NCBI GenBank assembly: GCA_050613775.1
Contig: JBODTK010000155.1
Location: 1 to 64,000 of the forward strand
Direction of reading: 5' to 3'
DNA: 64,000 bases
Origin: Neocallimastix sp. 'constans'
Taxonomy: Eukaryota
Shown: positions 30,196-44,530 of the stretch, piece after piece
How the letters are laid out: each line of letters opens with the position of its first letter
Position numbering within the stretch: position 1 is the stretch's first letter
Program-made: the position numbers and the translations under genes
The notes under the pieces: generated by a model
What the model saw: the letters and a program-made list of their open reading frames with translations, nothing else
Database searches by the model: none
What the model was told of the DNA's origin: nothing

Positions 30196-31368
30196 TTAGT
30201 TTACAGTCTTTTGTACTTTTTGTGCTTTATTGGTCTTATTAGAATTGGATTCCTTTCTATAAAATTTAAATATATATATTAATCATTTATTCTTTAAAAT
30301 TACATTAATAATAATAAATTTATTTTTAATTTAAAGTATTCATTATATATTAAAAAACTAAATAATTACCTCTTCTTTGGTCTTGACTATTTTTCAATTA
30401 TTATTAAAATAAATATATAATATAAAAATTAATAAATACATGATTATTTATGTTTACAATAAATGAAATAAGCATTTTTATATCTACCTTTGGGCCCCAG
30501 TTCTTTGTTGGATTCGCTTGAAAACGAACTAATTTAATTTTTCTTGAAGTTGGATTAGCATCTTTATGAATAGAAAAATCAGCTTCAAAACTATTACAAT
30601 AAACAGAAGTTAAAATAAAAATTTATTAATTGTAATTAATATACATCATTAAAACAATAACTAAATATACTTCGTGCATACCTTGGTTCAATCTTTAAAA
30701 TTTTGGCGACAATTTCTGAATCATCATGTTTTTTTGTAAGAGGATTCTTTTTAACCCAACATCTCATAATATCCCATATCGTTTCTGGACTAGCATCAGT
30801 TTTAATTGCCATACAATTAGTGTGTGATAGAGATACCTTATATCCCTTATTTAAAATAGCAGAGCTAATAATATTTTATAGTTCATAATTATTATAATTT
30901 ACTATATTAATTATAAAATAAATATTAAATACCTTTTCAAAATTTAAAGAAATAATTACCATAAAGTAACTAATGGTGGTACATTACAACGAAGAGTAGA
31001 AGCTAAAGTAGATGATGTATAAAAGAATGGTATTGGAAGTTCCTATAATTAATTTAACAATTCAATTAATTAATTATTTATTTATTTATTTATTTGTTTG
31101 TTTATTTATTATTTATTTATTTATTCATTCATTCATTCATTTATTCATTTATTTATTAATCATTAACTTTATATAATAATCAATACGAACCTCTGAAATA
31201 ACAGTTAACATCCCTAACATACGTTTATGTGTTTTATATTTATCTTCTGATTCTTTTACATGTTCAAGCATCTCCTTTACAAACTCTGGATCATGAATTG
31301 GATCTGAATAAAATGGACCACCAATCTATTAATATTAATATTAATATTATTATTATTATTATTATTAT

Positions 31369-31399
<31 letters not shown>

Positions 31400-33053
31400 G
31401 GTGGTGGTAATAATGGTATTGGTAGTAGTAATAGCAATAATAATACTTACATGATATTTTGAACCACAAATATTACACTTTGAATCAACATTTGGTCCTA
31501 CATTAACCTTATAAACAGTACTTGTTCCATTTTTTAGACATCTTCCAAATGGATTGATAGCAAATGATTTGCATTTAGTACAATGATAAACTATAGATGA
31601 TTTACTATAAAATGTATAAAAAAAATAACAATTTAATATAATTTTTATATTTATTATTACCATTTATTCTTTTATTTGAATATTTAAATACCTAGCAGCT
31701 TGTTTAACTTTCGAAGCCGATGTATAGACTTTTACAAAAATTCTAATATAAAAATCAATACTACAAGAAAGTAATGGTACAATTGTTCTTCTATATCTTG
31801 CAGCAGAAGACTGAACAGCATGAAGAAGTATACGTAAAGCCTGTAATATAAAAAATAATTAAAATAAAAAACAACGAAATTTTATTAATATATATAAAAA
31901 TAATAATAAATAAATATATTATCATTAATTATATTTATATACCATTTCATGACAATATGGACTATTAGGAATCGGAACACCTCCATACTTGGCCCAACAG
32001 GCTTCTGTTTGTCCACTAGAACATAAAACGGCCATATCAGTACAAGTAATACATAAAAGACCACCATCAGAAACCGATTGGACAGCGCCATCAAGGAATG
32101 GTGAAGCCGAACCATATGGATCCTTTAAAAATATTAAAATAAATTATTCATTTTTTTTTTAGATAAATTAATAAATTATTGTTAAAAATATGCTACTTAC
32201 TAAATCAATAACATCAAAACGCTTAAATAAATCTCTATTTTCATACATGACCATCCTATAATACCAAAAATATATATATATATTATTATTATATTTCTCT
32301 ATTTCGAATAATACCCTATTATATTTTATATAAATATACATACATTGCATCACCCTTATTAGGAATAACTATATCTTCAACTTTATTATACTTTACATTA
32401 CGTTTAATTGAATCAACAGCTTCTTCACTCATATCATTGGATAATATTTTTTTTACATTTCCAATTTCCTTTGCATAACGAATAGAACGTAAACCAGAAG
32501 CTGCTAAAGCTTCTAAGATAGTAATTCCTAATTTTTCATTTTCTAAATTTGTACATTCAATAATAATATTAATTAATATATACAAATAAAATTATACATT
32601 CTAAAATTTAATTATAATTTACTTTGTTCAGGAGTTGCTTCATTATTGTTATTTTGATTATTATTCTTTCTATTCATTTTTTGTTTTTTTTCTTTTAAAA
32701 ATTGTTTTTGCCATGTCTTAATTGCAGCAGTGGACTGTTTTTGAATTTAAAAATTTGGATAATATAAATTGAAATTATAGAAGTATATGTTTTATATTAA
32801 TTTAAGCAAAAATTATTACTTATAATGTCCAAATATTATTTTTTTTTTTTTTCTTTATAAAATAAAAAAATAAAAGAATATATATATTTCTAAGAATATA
32901 TTGTAATTAAATATTAATAAATTTAATTAATACCATATCACGATTAAAGTGTTGAATTGGATTATAAAAAACATCATTTGCCTTTGGAAATAGTATTGTT
33001 GCAGCACCCTCAGTAATGGTATTATAATCATCAATATTAAATTCTTCACCCAT
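30196..33053 (-). CDS. TRM1: tRNA (guanine26-N2)-dimethyltransferase Trm1, multi-exon
   Basis: [79 protein letters not shown] and [17 protein letters not shown] introns. Confidence 0.93.
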
Positions 33054-33366
33054 ACTTATGAATTTGTATTTTAAAATTAAAATATATACTTCAGAATTCA
33101 ATTATTAATTTTTAATATTATAAATATTTATAAATAATTGTAACAAATAAATATATCTTTTAGGTTTATAAATTTTTATTATTAATATTATTATTGATTT
33201 TATTATTATTATTATTAAAAATAAAACATTTATTAAAAAATTATTTATTGATTGGATAAAATTGTGATTTTAAAATAATTTATTAGTATATTTAAATTAT
33301 AATGATAAACCAAAAAATTTTTATTATTAATTATATTATATTGATTTACTTTTTATTTATCAATTC

Positions 33367-33399
<33 letters not shown>

Positions 33400-33637
33400 T
33401 ATTATATATTTTATGAAATTAAAAAATTAATAAAAATAAAAAAAAAATAAAAAAAAAATAAAAAAAAATAAAAAAAAAAAATAAAAATAGTAAAAAAAAA
33501 TAAAAAAAGTAAAAAAAAAAAATAAAAAAAGTAAAAAAAATAAAAAAAAAGTAAAAAATAAATAAATAATAAAAAATAGAAAGGAAAATAAAAAATAAAA
33601 TTAAAATTAAAAATTAAAAATTGAAATTGAAATTGTA

Positions 33638-35030
33638 CTAAACATGTTTCATTGAATCCTTTATAGTATTTAAATCATCGCAATCTTTTATTGATATAGA
33701 TTCATCAACTTTAAATGGACCTTGTTTACTTCTAATTAATGAAACCATATGAGCCGCAGAATCAAGTTTTTTTCCAATATCATGTATTAAAGATCTGATA
33801 TAAGTACCACCACCGCATTCTACCTTAAAACGGAATGTTGGACCTTCTGGTAATTTATTATTTGCAATAGCTTTATTTTTAAATTGGAATTTTTTTTTTT
33901 CATTATTATTGTTATTTTGATTTCGGTTATCTTGTTGTTTTTTCATATTTTTATCTTTTGTTTCTTCTTTATTATCTATATCCATTTGAAAAGTAAAATC
34001 CTCATTATCATTATCAACTTGAATTTCCGTAGTTTTTGTTGGTTCAGTATAAAATTCTAAAAGTTCAATTGAATGTATTATTATTTTTCTAGATTTAATT
34101 TCTTTTGGTAATTCTTGGCCATTTTTTGCATATTCATACATTGGTTTTCCATTGACTTTTAAAGCAGAGTATCTATTACATTTATTATGAGAATTATAAT
34201 ATAATTAATAATTAGAAGTATTAAAAATTATTTATATGTATAATGAAACTAAAGATATTAAATACATTGGTGGATACTGTTCAATTTCACCAACAAATTC
34301 TTGAAGTACTTCTTCAAGTTTTTCTTTCGTAATATGTTGATATGGTTTTTCTTCAACTAATTCACCTAAACAATCATATGTTTCAGTACTACTTCCGAAA
34401 CGGCCTACAGCTTCATAAACCTATTTTTTATTATTAATTAAATAATTCATTTATTATTCTCATTCAATCATTAATAATATTAAAATTAATATTATAATTT
34501 TATTCTTTAAGCTTTTAACATATGATTCAAAAATTAATGAAATATACCTTTGATCCTGATAAAAGAGTGTTTAACATTTTAGTCCCTTTAAATAATCCTA
34601 TAACTATTTTATTAAATATTTTAATAAATTAATTATCACTTTAATAAATATTATTTCAATATATATTATAATATTTTCTATGTTTTTTATAATATTAGAT
34701 ACCTAAACAACCAGAAGCTAAAGGATCTAATGTACCCCCATGACCAATTTTAATCATATTTCTTTTTTTCTTTTTTTTATCTACTAAATTAGAAGATATA
34801 AGTTGTCGTGTAACTTTATGTTTTATAATTGTAACAACATCACTACTACTTAATCCAATCGGTTTATTAACACAAAAAACACCATTTAATTGTTCTAATA
34901 TCTTTCCTGAATATTTTTTTACCAATTTATTTGTTTCATCCAGTTTTTGTTTAAGTTCATTATTTTCCATTTTATTAATTGGTTGTTCATTTAATTTCTC
35001 AGTTTTTTCAGTTGAATTATTTTCACTCAT
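33638..35030 (-). CDS. PUS4: tRNA pseudouridine-55 synthase (TruB/Pus4), 4 exons
   Basis: GVFCVNKPIGLSS, KIGHGGTLDPLASGCL, FGSSTETYD, GEIEQYPPMYSALKVNGKPMYEYA and VECGGGTYIRSLIHDIG. Confidence 0.92.
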
Positions 35031-35467
35031 TTTTTGTATGTATAATAAATAATATTAATGTATTAATATTAAATTTATCCTATTAAAATTTATATATATA
35101 TATAATTTCAATTTCTATTCTTATTGGTTGATAGATCAATTCTAAATTGTACACATCAAAAAAAAAAAAAAAAAATTGTATATAAACATTAATAAAAAAA
35201 ATATATATATATTTATTTTATGTATTTTTATTATTTTACTATTAATATTGTATAAATAAAAGTAAGTAAGAAAAAAAAAATGATTAGATAAATTTAAAAG
35301 TTAAAATATAATTATCTTAAAAATTAAAGAATTAATACATAACATGAAAATAAAAATTAAATTATTTTATAATTTAAATATATATGCATAAACTTTTTTT
35401 TAAAAAAAACATTCTTTTGTTTCAAAAATATTAAACAATTGTAAATAATAAATATTACTTCCTAAGG

Positions 35468-36118
35468 ATGGTAAATCAATTACACTTTCCTTTTTTTTTT
35501 TTTTTTAATTCTTTTTTTATTTTTAAGCAAAATTATTTTAATAATACTGACTTTAAAATATTTTTTATAAAATTATTATCTTATTATATAAATATATATA
35601 TATTTAATTTTTATTTATTTTTTTTATCATTAATTTACCAACAATCTTAAAAAATAATTTGTTTATTATTATATTTTTCAATACAATCATAATAAAATTA
35701 TTAAATTATTATTACATATAATATTGAAAGGCTTTAATTGATAAGATAGTTGGTTCTGTATTCATTGCAATTGGATCTATTGTTTTTGGATACTACACTT
35801 TATGGGCTATGATTATGGTATATATAATAATATTAATAATATATATTTTTTATTATTTCCACTATTATGTTTTTTTTTTTGATTAAAAATTTTATCAGCA
35901 AAACTTATATTTATATTAATTTTTTTTTATAAAATTTCAAAAAATTAAAAAAGCCTTTCGTTCCAAAAGATAGTGCAATTCAAACATACTTCCTTCCAAG
36001 AAAATATGCTGTAATTCTTCCATTTGCTTTATTAGTTGTTGGTTTAAGTACTATTATTGGTTACTTAGTTATTTCAAGTCAACAACAAGCTAACAAGAAA
36101 AAAGAAAAATCTACATAG
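35468..36118 (+). CDS. DPM2: Dolichol-phosphate mannose synthase regulatory subunit Dpm2. Exons 35468-35470 (ATG only), 35731-35817, 35954-36118
   Basis: The spliced product MALIDKIVGSVFIAIGSIVFGYYTLWAMIMPFVPKDSAIQTYFLPRKYAVILPFALLVVGLSTIIGYLVISS... has the DPM2 YYT.W...PFV....YFLPR.YA..LP motif. It was missed by the ORF track. Confidence 0.85.
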
Positions 36119-36199
36119 AAAATAGATTAATAAGCATGATATAAAAAGGTTGACAATAATAATAAATAAATAAAAATAAACCAAAGAAATCGAAATTTT

Positions 36200-36237
<38 letters not shown>

Positions 36238-37056
36238 TCAATAAAATGTGAATTAAATTAAAAATAATTGTTTAATTTAAATAACAGTAATAGTAATAAA
36301 AGTAAGATAAATAATCAAAAAAATGAATAAAATAAATTAAAAAAAAAATAAAAAAAAAAAAAAAAAAAAAAGCAAACAAGCAAACAAACAAAATTAATTT
36401 TAAAAATAAATAAATAGTTTTCTTGATTAAATTATACAAATAAATAAAAATCATAAAAGAATATAATTATTTTTAATTTACTAATAAATAAATATATTTA
36501 TATTTTGATATATTTATATTTTATGTTGGATATAGATTATTTCCAAAGTTCGTTAACTTTTATTTATTGTTATTAGTGAACAGAAGTAGTAGTTATATTT
36601 TTCATGTAAATCAAAGTTTATATAAATATTATGAATTTATTATATATTCTTTATTTATTTAGTTAGTTAGTTATTTACAATATTTATTATTATTAAAACA
36701 ATTCATCAATTTTTTTTAACAATTCATTATTCTTTTTAAAACCCTAAAGAACGTATTACCGTCCATTTTTATTAATACTTTGCATATTTTATTTTATATT
36801 ACTTCACTAATTATTTTATTTTATTTTATTCAATCTGTACTTATATTTATATTCTACTATTTATTTTTTTTTTTTTTTTATTTTCTTTAATTTTATTTTA
36901 TTTTAAACTTTACATGCTTTATATTCATTATTTATTCTCTTTTAAATAATAAATAAATATAAACTATTAAAATAATTATAAAATATTAGCAAGGTTATTT
37001 CTATTATAATAATGAATTAATATACTATATAAATTAAATTAAATGATTTTAAATAA

Positions 37057-37560
<504 letters not shown>

Positions 37561-37991
37561 TCAATTTTCCTTTATAAATTTTTAAAATAGTAATAATCAT
37601 ATTATAAAAAAGATGAAAAAAAAAATAATATTTTGTGATAAAAAATTCTTTTTATTTTCTGAAAATATTCTTTATTATAATTTTTAAAATACTTATTGAT
37701 AGTATTAACTAATATTTAATTATTAAATTTAAATACATACATATATTTTTTTTTTTTTATTTTTATTTTTTTTTTTTTTTTTTAATTTTCCTTTATATAT
37801 ATATATTATAGTTAATTGTTATTTATTAATAATAATTCAATTCTATTTATATATATATTTATTTATATATTAAAAAATAAACAAATTCCCTTTATAATGA
37901 TCTATACTATACTTTTTAATACTTTATTCCTAATATTTGAAAAGAATTATCTTTTTTTTTTTCTTTTTTTTTTTTTTTCTTTTCTTGTATT

Positions 37992-38026
<35 letters not shown>

Positions 38027-38091
38027 AATAATGAAAATAAAACATATACTAAAAATTTTTGAAAAAAAAAAAAAATATATATATATATATA

Positions 38092-39080
38092 TTATTTTAA
38101 TGAAGGATTATTTGAATTGGAAGTATTTAAATTAGATGATGAAGATTTTAAGGATGGTGACATATTCAAATGACCTTTATTTAGATTAGAATTATATGGT
38201 TTGCCAAATCTATTCCTTTTATTTTTATTATCATTAGACGAAATTGTTTGATTATAATTAGAATTCATTGAATAATTATTATTTGACATCATATCTTTAT
38301 TCTTATGTATCATTGGTTTTACAGATGCATTTGAATTAAATGGTCTAATTTGAGGTTGAATTGGAGAAACTTGTATATATGAATTTGCCATCATAGGACT
38401 TGAAGATCCTTATTAAATTAAATTTTCATATAATAGAAATAAAAATAAATATAATTATAAATTATAAATATAAATCACTATCATTATTAATATCTATTAT
38501 TTATTCATTATATATTACCTTGAGATGGTTGTGGTGATAAAACTTTTATTTGATTTACTCCAGGACTATAGCTATTCCTACCAACTTGGTTTACTCTATT
38601 ATTATTTAATGAATGCTGTAATGGTGCTGATGTTGGTATCCACTGCTGTGGATATGTACCATATACAACATATTGTGATGCTGGATATGCACTATAAACT
38701 GGTACATTTGAAACATAAACAGCAGAATGACCAGCTGGTTGACGATTCATAGCATTATGTTGATTCCAATCTTCTTTACCATAAGTATCACTCATTAGCA
38801 TTTCATTTGATACAGTATTTCTTTTATATTGACGATTTGATTTATTATCCCAATAATAATTTTGATTTTGATAACTATTAAATTGGGTGGTGTTACGTTT
38901 ATCTGAAAAATAATTATTTGTATTATTGCCACTATTATTTCCATTACTATTATTGTTACTATTATTATCATTACTATTATTATTAGTAGTAGTAGTAGTA
39001 CTAGCACTACTATCATTGTTTTTATTATCATTTTCAGATGTTGTATTCTGAGTTTTACTTGATGAACTTTGAGTGTTATC

Positions 39081-39150
<70 letters not shown>

Positions 39151-42100
39151 TTAAAATATATAAATTATTTAAAATATTAATATTAATATAAAATTCAATT
39201 ATATAATATTTTATAATATTAATAAATTATTTACTAGATAACTAATTAATTATATATAAATTTTAATAAATATTCAATATTTTACCAATTGCGTTGTTTT
39301 CATTATTTTCTGAGACAATACTTTCTTTTAATGATTTTTGTTCTAATTCTAAAGTTTCGTCAGTTTTCACTTCTTTACCTTTTTTATTTGATGAATCTTT
39401 ATTTGTTTCTTGAGAGTTATCATTCAATTCTTCTTTTTTATTATTATTTATTTCTTCTTTCGTATTACTTGCATTATCTTTAGTTGTATCTTCACTGTGT
39501 TTGTCTTCTTCATCAACATCTTGTGCAAAGAAACTTAACTTCTTATTACCAATACTTCCTGAAATTGAATCAGGAACAGCAAATATATATGGCTTATTTG
39601 ATTTAAATATTTCATTTCTACTCATCTTTAATTTCACACCTTTTTGGGGAGTCTGTTTTTTATTAACATCTTCATTTTTTATATCCTTTTTATCTTTATT
39701 TACTTCTGATCGTTTTATACCTTCATTTAATTCATTATTTTCGCTTTTTTCCTTCCTTTGTTCAAATTCACGTCTTCTTTCCTGTAATGTGGTACGTTTT
39801 TCACCAGATTTACTATCATATTCCTTTTTATTATCTTTGTGCTGATCTTTTTCACGATTAGCTTCTCTTCTCTCTTGGTAAGTTCTTTCTGAAGCATTTC
39901 TACTTCTACTATTTTCACCATCTTTTCTTCTATAATTTTGACTATCGTCCCTTGCATCCCTTGAATTTGAGCTTGAATTTCTTCCATAAAGTTTATCATC
40001 TTCTCTATTATTATAAAAGCTTCTTTTATTCTTTTTTTGATAATCATCTTTATCATCATAATAATTAGATCTATTATTATTACGATAATTTTGCTTAGAA
40101 TTTTTATATTCATTATCTTCTTTCTTTGTTAATCTACTGGAATCATGCATTGTTTTCTTAATTGTATCCATAACATTATCAATTTCTTGTATTGTGTATT
40201 TTGAATGATGTGTTTTTGGTGTTGAGTTTGAGGATACAATTTCTTGACCGCCATCTAAACATTTTTATTAATATTAAAAATTAATAAATAAATAAAATAA
40301 AATAAAATAAAATTCATATAATTATTTTAATTAAAATATATTAATAATTTAAAAAAGGAAATTCATAAAATAAAATAACAAATAAATAAATAATACAAAA
40401 AAAAAAAAAAAAAAAATTAAATAATATTAACATTAATAACTACCTGTATTATTAAATTTAGTTGGAGTTGCTCTTGAAGTGTTTTGCTTTATAAATGTCG
40501 ATTTTGCATTTGGTTTTGACACTTCATCATTTCCTTTAATATTTGATTTAGTAATTTTTTTTGATATTTCATCATTTCCTTTAATATTTAATTTGGGGTT
40601 TTGCTTTGACAGTTCATCATTTCCTTTAATACTTGATTTGGTGTTTTGTTTTGGTATTTCATCATTTCCTTTATCATTAGTTTTAGTAATACTGATTTCT
40701 TTTTTCATTACTTCTAATGTTTTCTTTTTATCTTCTTCATTTGAATTAATAATTTCATTTTGTTTTGATGTTTCTGGAGTTGTCACATTTTCATTAGAAT
40801 TCAATGGTTTAACAATTGATTTCTCTGAACTTTCCGTTTTTAATATTTCATTAGATTTGCTATTTTGTTCAATTTGAACTTCTTTTGCTTTAGATTCAGA
40901 TATTGATTTATCTTCAGTTTTTTCTTTTATATCTTTTTCTTCTTTTGTATTCTGATTTTCCTCATTCTTTTCTTTCTTAACAGTTTCTTCTTCATTTTTT
41001 TTCTCCTCCATTTCTTTCTTTTTTCTCATCCTTTCTTCTAATTCTTTTAATTTTTGTTGACGTCTCTTTTCTGCTTCATCTCTTTCTCTTTGTAATTCTT
41101 CTTCTTTACGTTTTCTTGCCTTTTCAGCTGATTTTGCCATTAATTCTTTTTGTATTTCAACATATGGTTTATTACCATGACCACCAGCTGTTATCTTAAA
41201 TGTTTCCATTAATCTACTTTCATCTAATAAACTATTATTATTATTATTACTATTATTATTATTATTATTTGATTTCTCATCAGTTAGATGTGATGATTCA
41301 TCTAATCTGTTATTATTTTTATTATTATTATTATTACTATTAATCACATCTTCCTCTAAGTTATCTGATGTAATATTATCATTATTCATATTATTTACAT
41401 CGAAATTATTACTTTCAGGCATATATCCACTGTTTGAAGTATTTCTTATATTATCATCCATAAAATTATTACTTTTATTATAACTTGATGATAATGGTTG
41501 ATGATAAGGAGATTTGGTTCCTAATATTTTTCATATTAAAAAAAATATTTTTAATTTTTTTTTTTATTATTTTTTTTAAAATATTGTATTACATTATCAA
41601 ATAATAAGTGCTATTTTTAAAAATCTTACCATTTTTATAGTCAAAATTATTAACATTTAACTCATCTCTTGATGAATAATCTCTCAATCCAGATGGTTTT
41701 TGATAATAATCGTTACTATTCATTCTTTGGCGAGCATCGAAGTAACTATTTCCTTTGTTTCTATAATTATTAAATGTATTTTTGTCTCTTGAATCATAAT
41801 CACTACCATTATTTAATCTTCCCTTATTCATTCTATTTTCGAAAAATTCATTTCTAGAATTATCATACGATCCTACTCTAAAGCTATTACTTCCATTACT
41901 GTTCATATCAAAACTTTTACTTAATTCTCTTTCATTCAATGATCCAGAATTCATTCTATAATGTGAGTCATAATTATCAAACCCTCTACTCTCTGAATAA
42001 TTATTTATACTTCCATTTCTACTATTATTTCTTATATTTCCTCTTCCACGATTAAAATCAAATGCATTTCTTCCTCTTTCCATTTCCATATCCATATCAC

Positions 42101-43509
42101 CATTATTATACTCAATTGATCCTCTTCGGCCATTCCACCTTGTACCACTCCGTGTTCTTACATTATTATTCATAAATCCACCACGATTATTATTATATTC
42201 ATAATATGAATTACGCATACCTTGATTATCTTGATATCTATCCATAGATTTTCCCATCCTTGTTCCTGAATTAGACCTTTGTTCAAATCTAAACGGACTA
42301 TTACCACCACTATTATTATTAATATAATTATCATTCTCATAATAACGATTATTATATTCTTCATATCTTGATCCTCCATTACTATTATTCATATTAAAAA
42401 ACTTATTACGTTGATAATACTGATCATTTCTATTATTAAATTTTGGTGTAAAATATATATCATTTTTTTCTTGGTCTTTATAAAACCTATTATTTTCATT
42501 TTCATATCTATTATTATAGTTAAAATTAGTATTTCTCATATTTCTTTTATTATCAAACTTTTGTATTTTATCATCTTCAAAAACATCATTATTATTTAAA
42601 TCATTATCATCAACGTTCTCTACTTGATTATAACTTTCTTCATTATTTTCATTAATGTCCTTTTCTTTTAAATTATTATCATTTTGATCTTCAAATTCAT
42701 TTTCATTGTTTGATTCTGAATTTTTTATATTTGCTATTATAGGAACCTTAGAAAAATCCATTTCTTCATCATCGTCCATCCACGGAGTTACATGAGTATA
42801 ATATTCATTATTTATTGTAGTCGTCAACTTCTCCTGAGTTTTATTCTTTTCATTATTTTCACTAACAGAATTGTTCTTTTCATTATCCTCATTATTTTTA
42901 TTATTAACATTTATATTTTCATTTTCAATATTATTTGATTCATTAATTTCATTTGGTTTAATTTTGCTAATATATCAAAGCAATAAAAAATAACAATAAA
43001 TGTCAAAAAAAAACTCTAAATTTTTAATAATTTTGAAATATCATAATATTTATATTAACCTTTCTTTGGAAATTTTATTTTGTTTATGCTCTATTCATTT
43101 ATTTGTTTGTTAATTAAAAATAATTAATAATTTATTGTATAGAAATTATTTATTTAAATAATTTTATATTTACCTTTTTCCTTTTTTTCTTTCTATTAAT
43201 ATTAATTATATACATCAATTAATATTAACATATATATATAACTATATAAAAAATTAATAAAACTATAAATACCTCTTCTTTTAAAACTTCAGCAGCAGTA
43301 GGAAATTCTTGTGATTGAAATTTTGAGCTAGAACGACCCCAAGGACTCTTTTCTTCTTTTTTATCATTATTTACATTTCCCCAACAATTTCCGGATGGTA
43401 CGAGACTAATTGAAGGATCTAAGCCTTTATTTTGTTTTCTTAAACTTGGTAAATCAACTGGTTTTGGAGCTGCTACCATAGCTGGACGCAGTCTTCCACT
43501 CCCTTGCAT
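38092..43509 (-). CDS. Large low-complexity PRRC2/BAT2_N-like protein, multi-exon
   Basis: N-terminal APKPVDLPSLRKQNKGLDPSISLVPSGNCWG resembles BAT2_N. It is followed by WMDDDEEMDFS, RG/N-rich and coiled-coil (AEKARKRKEEE) segments. The ORFs are linked by GT-AG introns. Confidence 0.7.
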
Positions 43510-43944
43510 TACTAAAAAAATATATTTTTCAAAAATAATAATTATTAAATAAATTATTAAATTATATCTTAAAATTATTTAATTTACTATTAAATTAATA
43601 TTTCATTTCATAATAAATTTTTTTTTTTTTTTTTTTTTTTGATTTTTGATTTAAAAATATTACAAATCAAAATATATATATAAAATTAGATTGATTAATT
43701 AATTAATTGTTATTGATAGTTTGATTGATAGCATTATATTTAATTATATACAATTTTAAAATAAAAAACAAAAAATCTTTTGTCTTTTGTAGTTATATGT
43801 CTTATTTATTTACTGAAATTATAGAATATTTTTGTTTAATTCTTTTAGTGTTCTTCAATTTAATTAATTGTTTCAATAAACTCTTCTAAAAAACTAAAAA
43901 CTAAAAGCATGTATATATATAATAAATATATATAAATAAAAAGA

Positions 43945-44326
43945 ATTATACTGTTTTGATAATTACTTTATACGAAATTAGGTGATTATTAAATAAAAAT
44001 GTAATAAAAGCTAATAAGTATATATATTTATATAACAATTACTCTTTTTTCTAATTTTAATCTATTTTGTTCATTAAATAACAATATTGATATAATTTAA
44101 AATCAAAAATAATAATAATAATAATAATAGTCAATATATATTATTAAATAAAAATAAATAATAATAATTATAAATAAGAATTGTCTTGGTTATTATATAT
44201 AAAATTGTAATTAATGCAAGATATAAATATATGTTATTTATTATTCTTTCAAATTTCTAATCATTAACTAACTACATTATTAATTTAAAATTGAAAATAA
44301 AATATATAATCAGTATTATTATTAAA

Positions 44327-44364
<38 letters not shown>

Positions 44365-44530
44365 AATTGTCCTGTTTCGATAATTACTGTATTTGAAATT
44401 AGGTGATTACTACAAAAAAAAATTGAAATAAAAGCTAAATTATAAATTTATATATAACAATTTTTCTTCTTTTTATTTTATTTTTATTTTATTTTAATCA
44501 GTTGCTTTTATTAAACAATAATTATTATTA
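43945..44530. repeat. Diverged direct repeat of ~140 bp (approx. 43945-44090 and 44365-44525)
   Basis: CTGTTT.GATAATTACT.TAT..GAAATTAGGTGATTA...TAAAAGCTAA...TATATAACAATT occurs in both copies. Confidence 0.75.
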
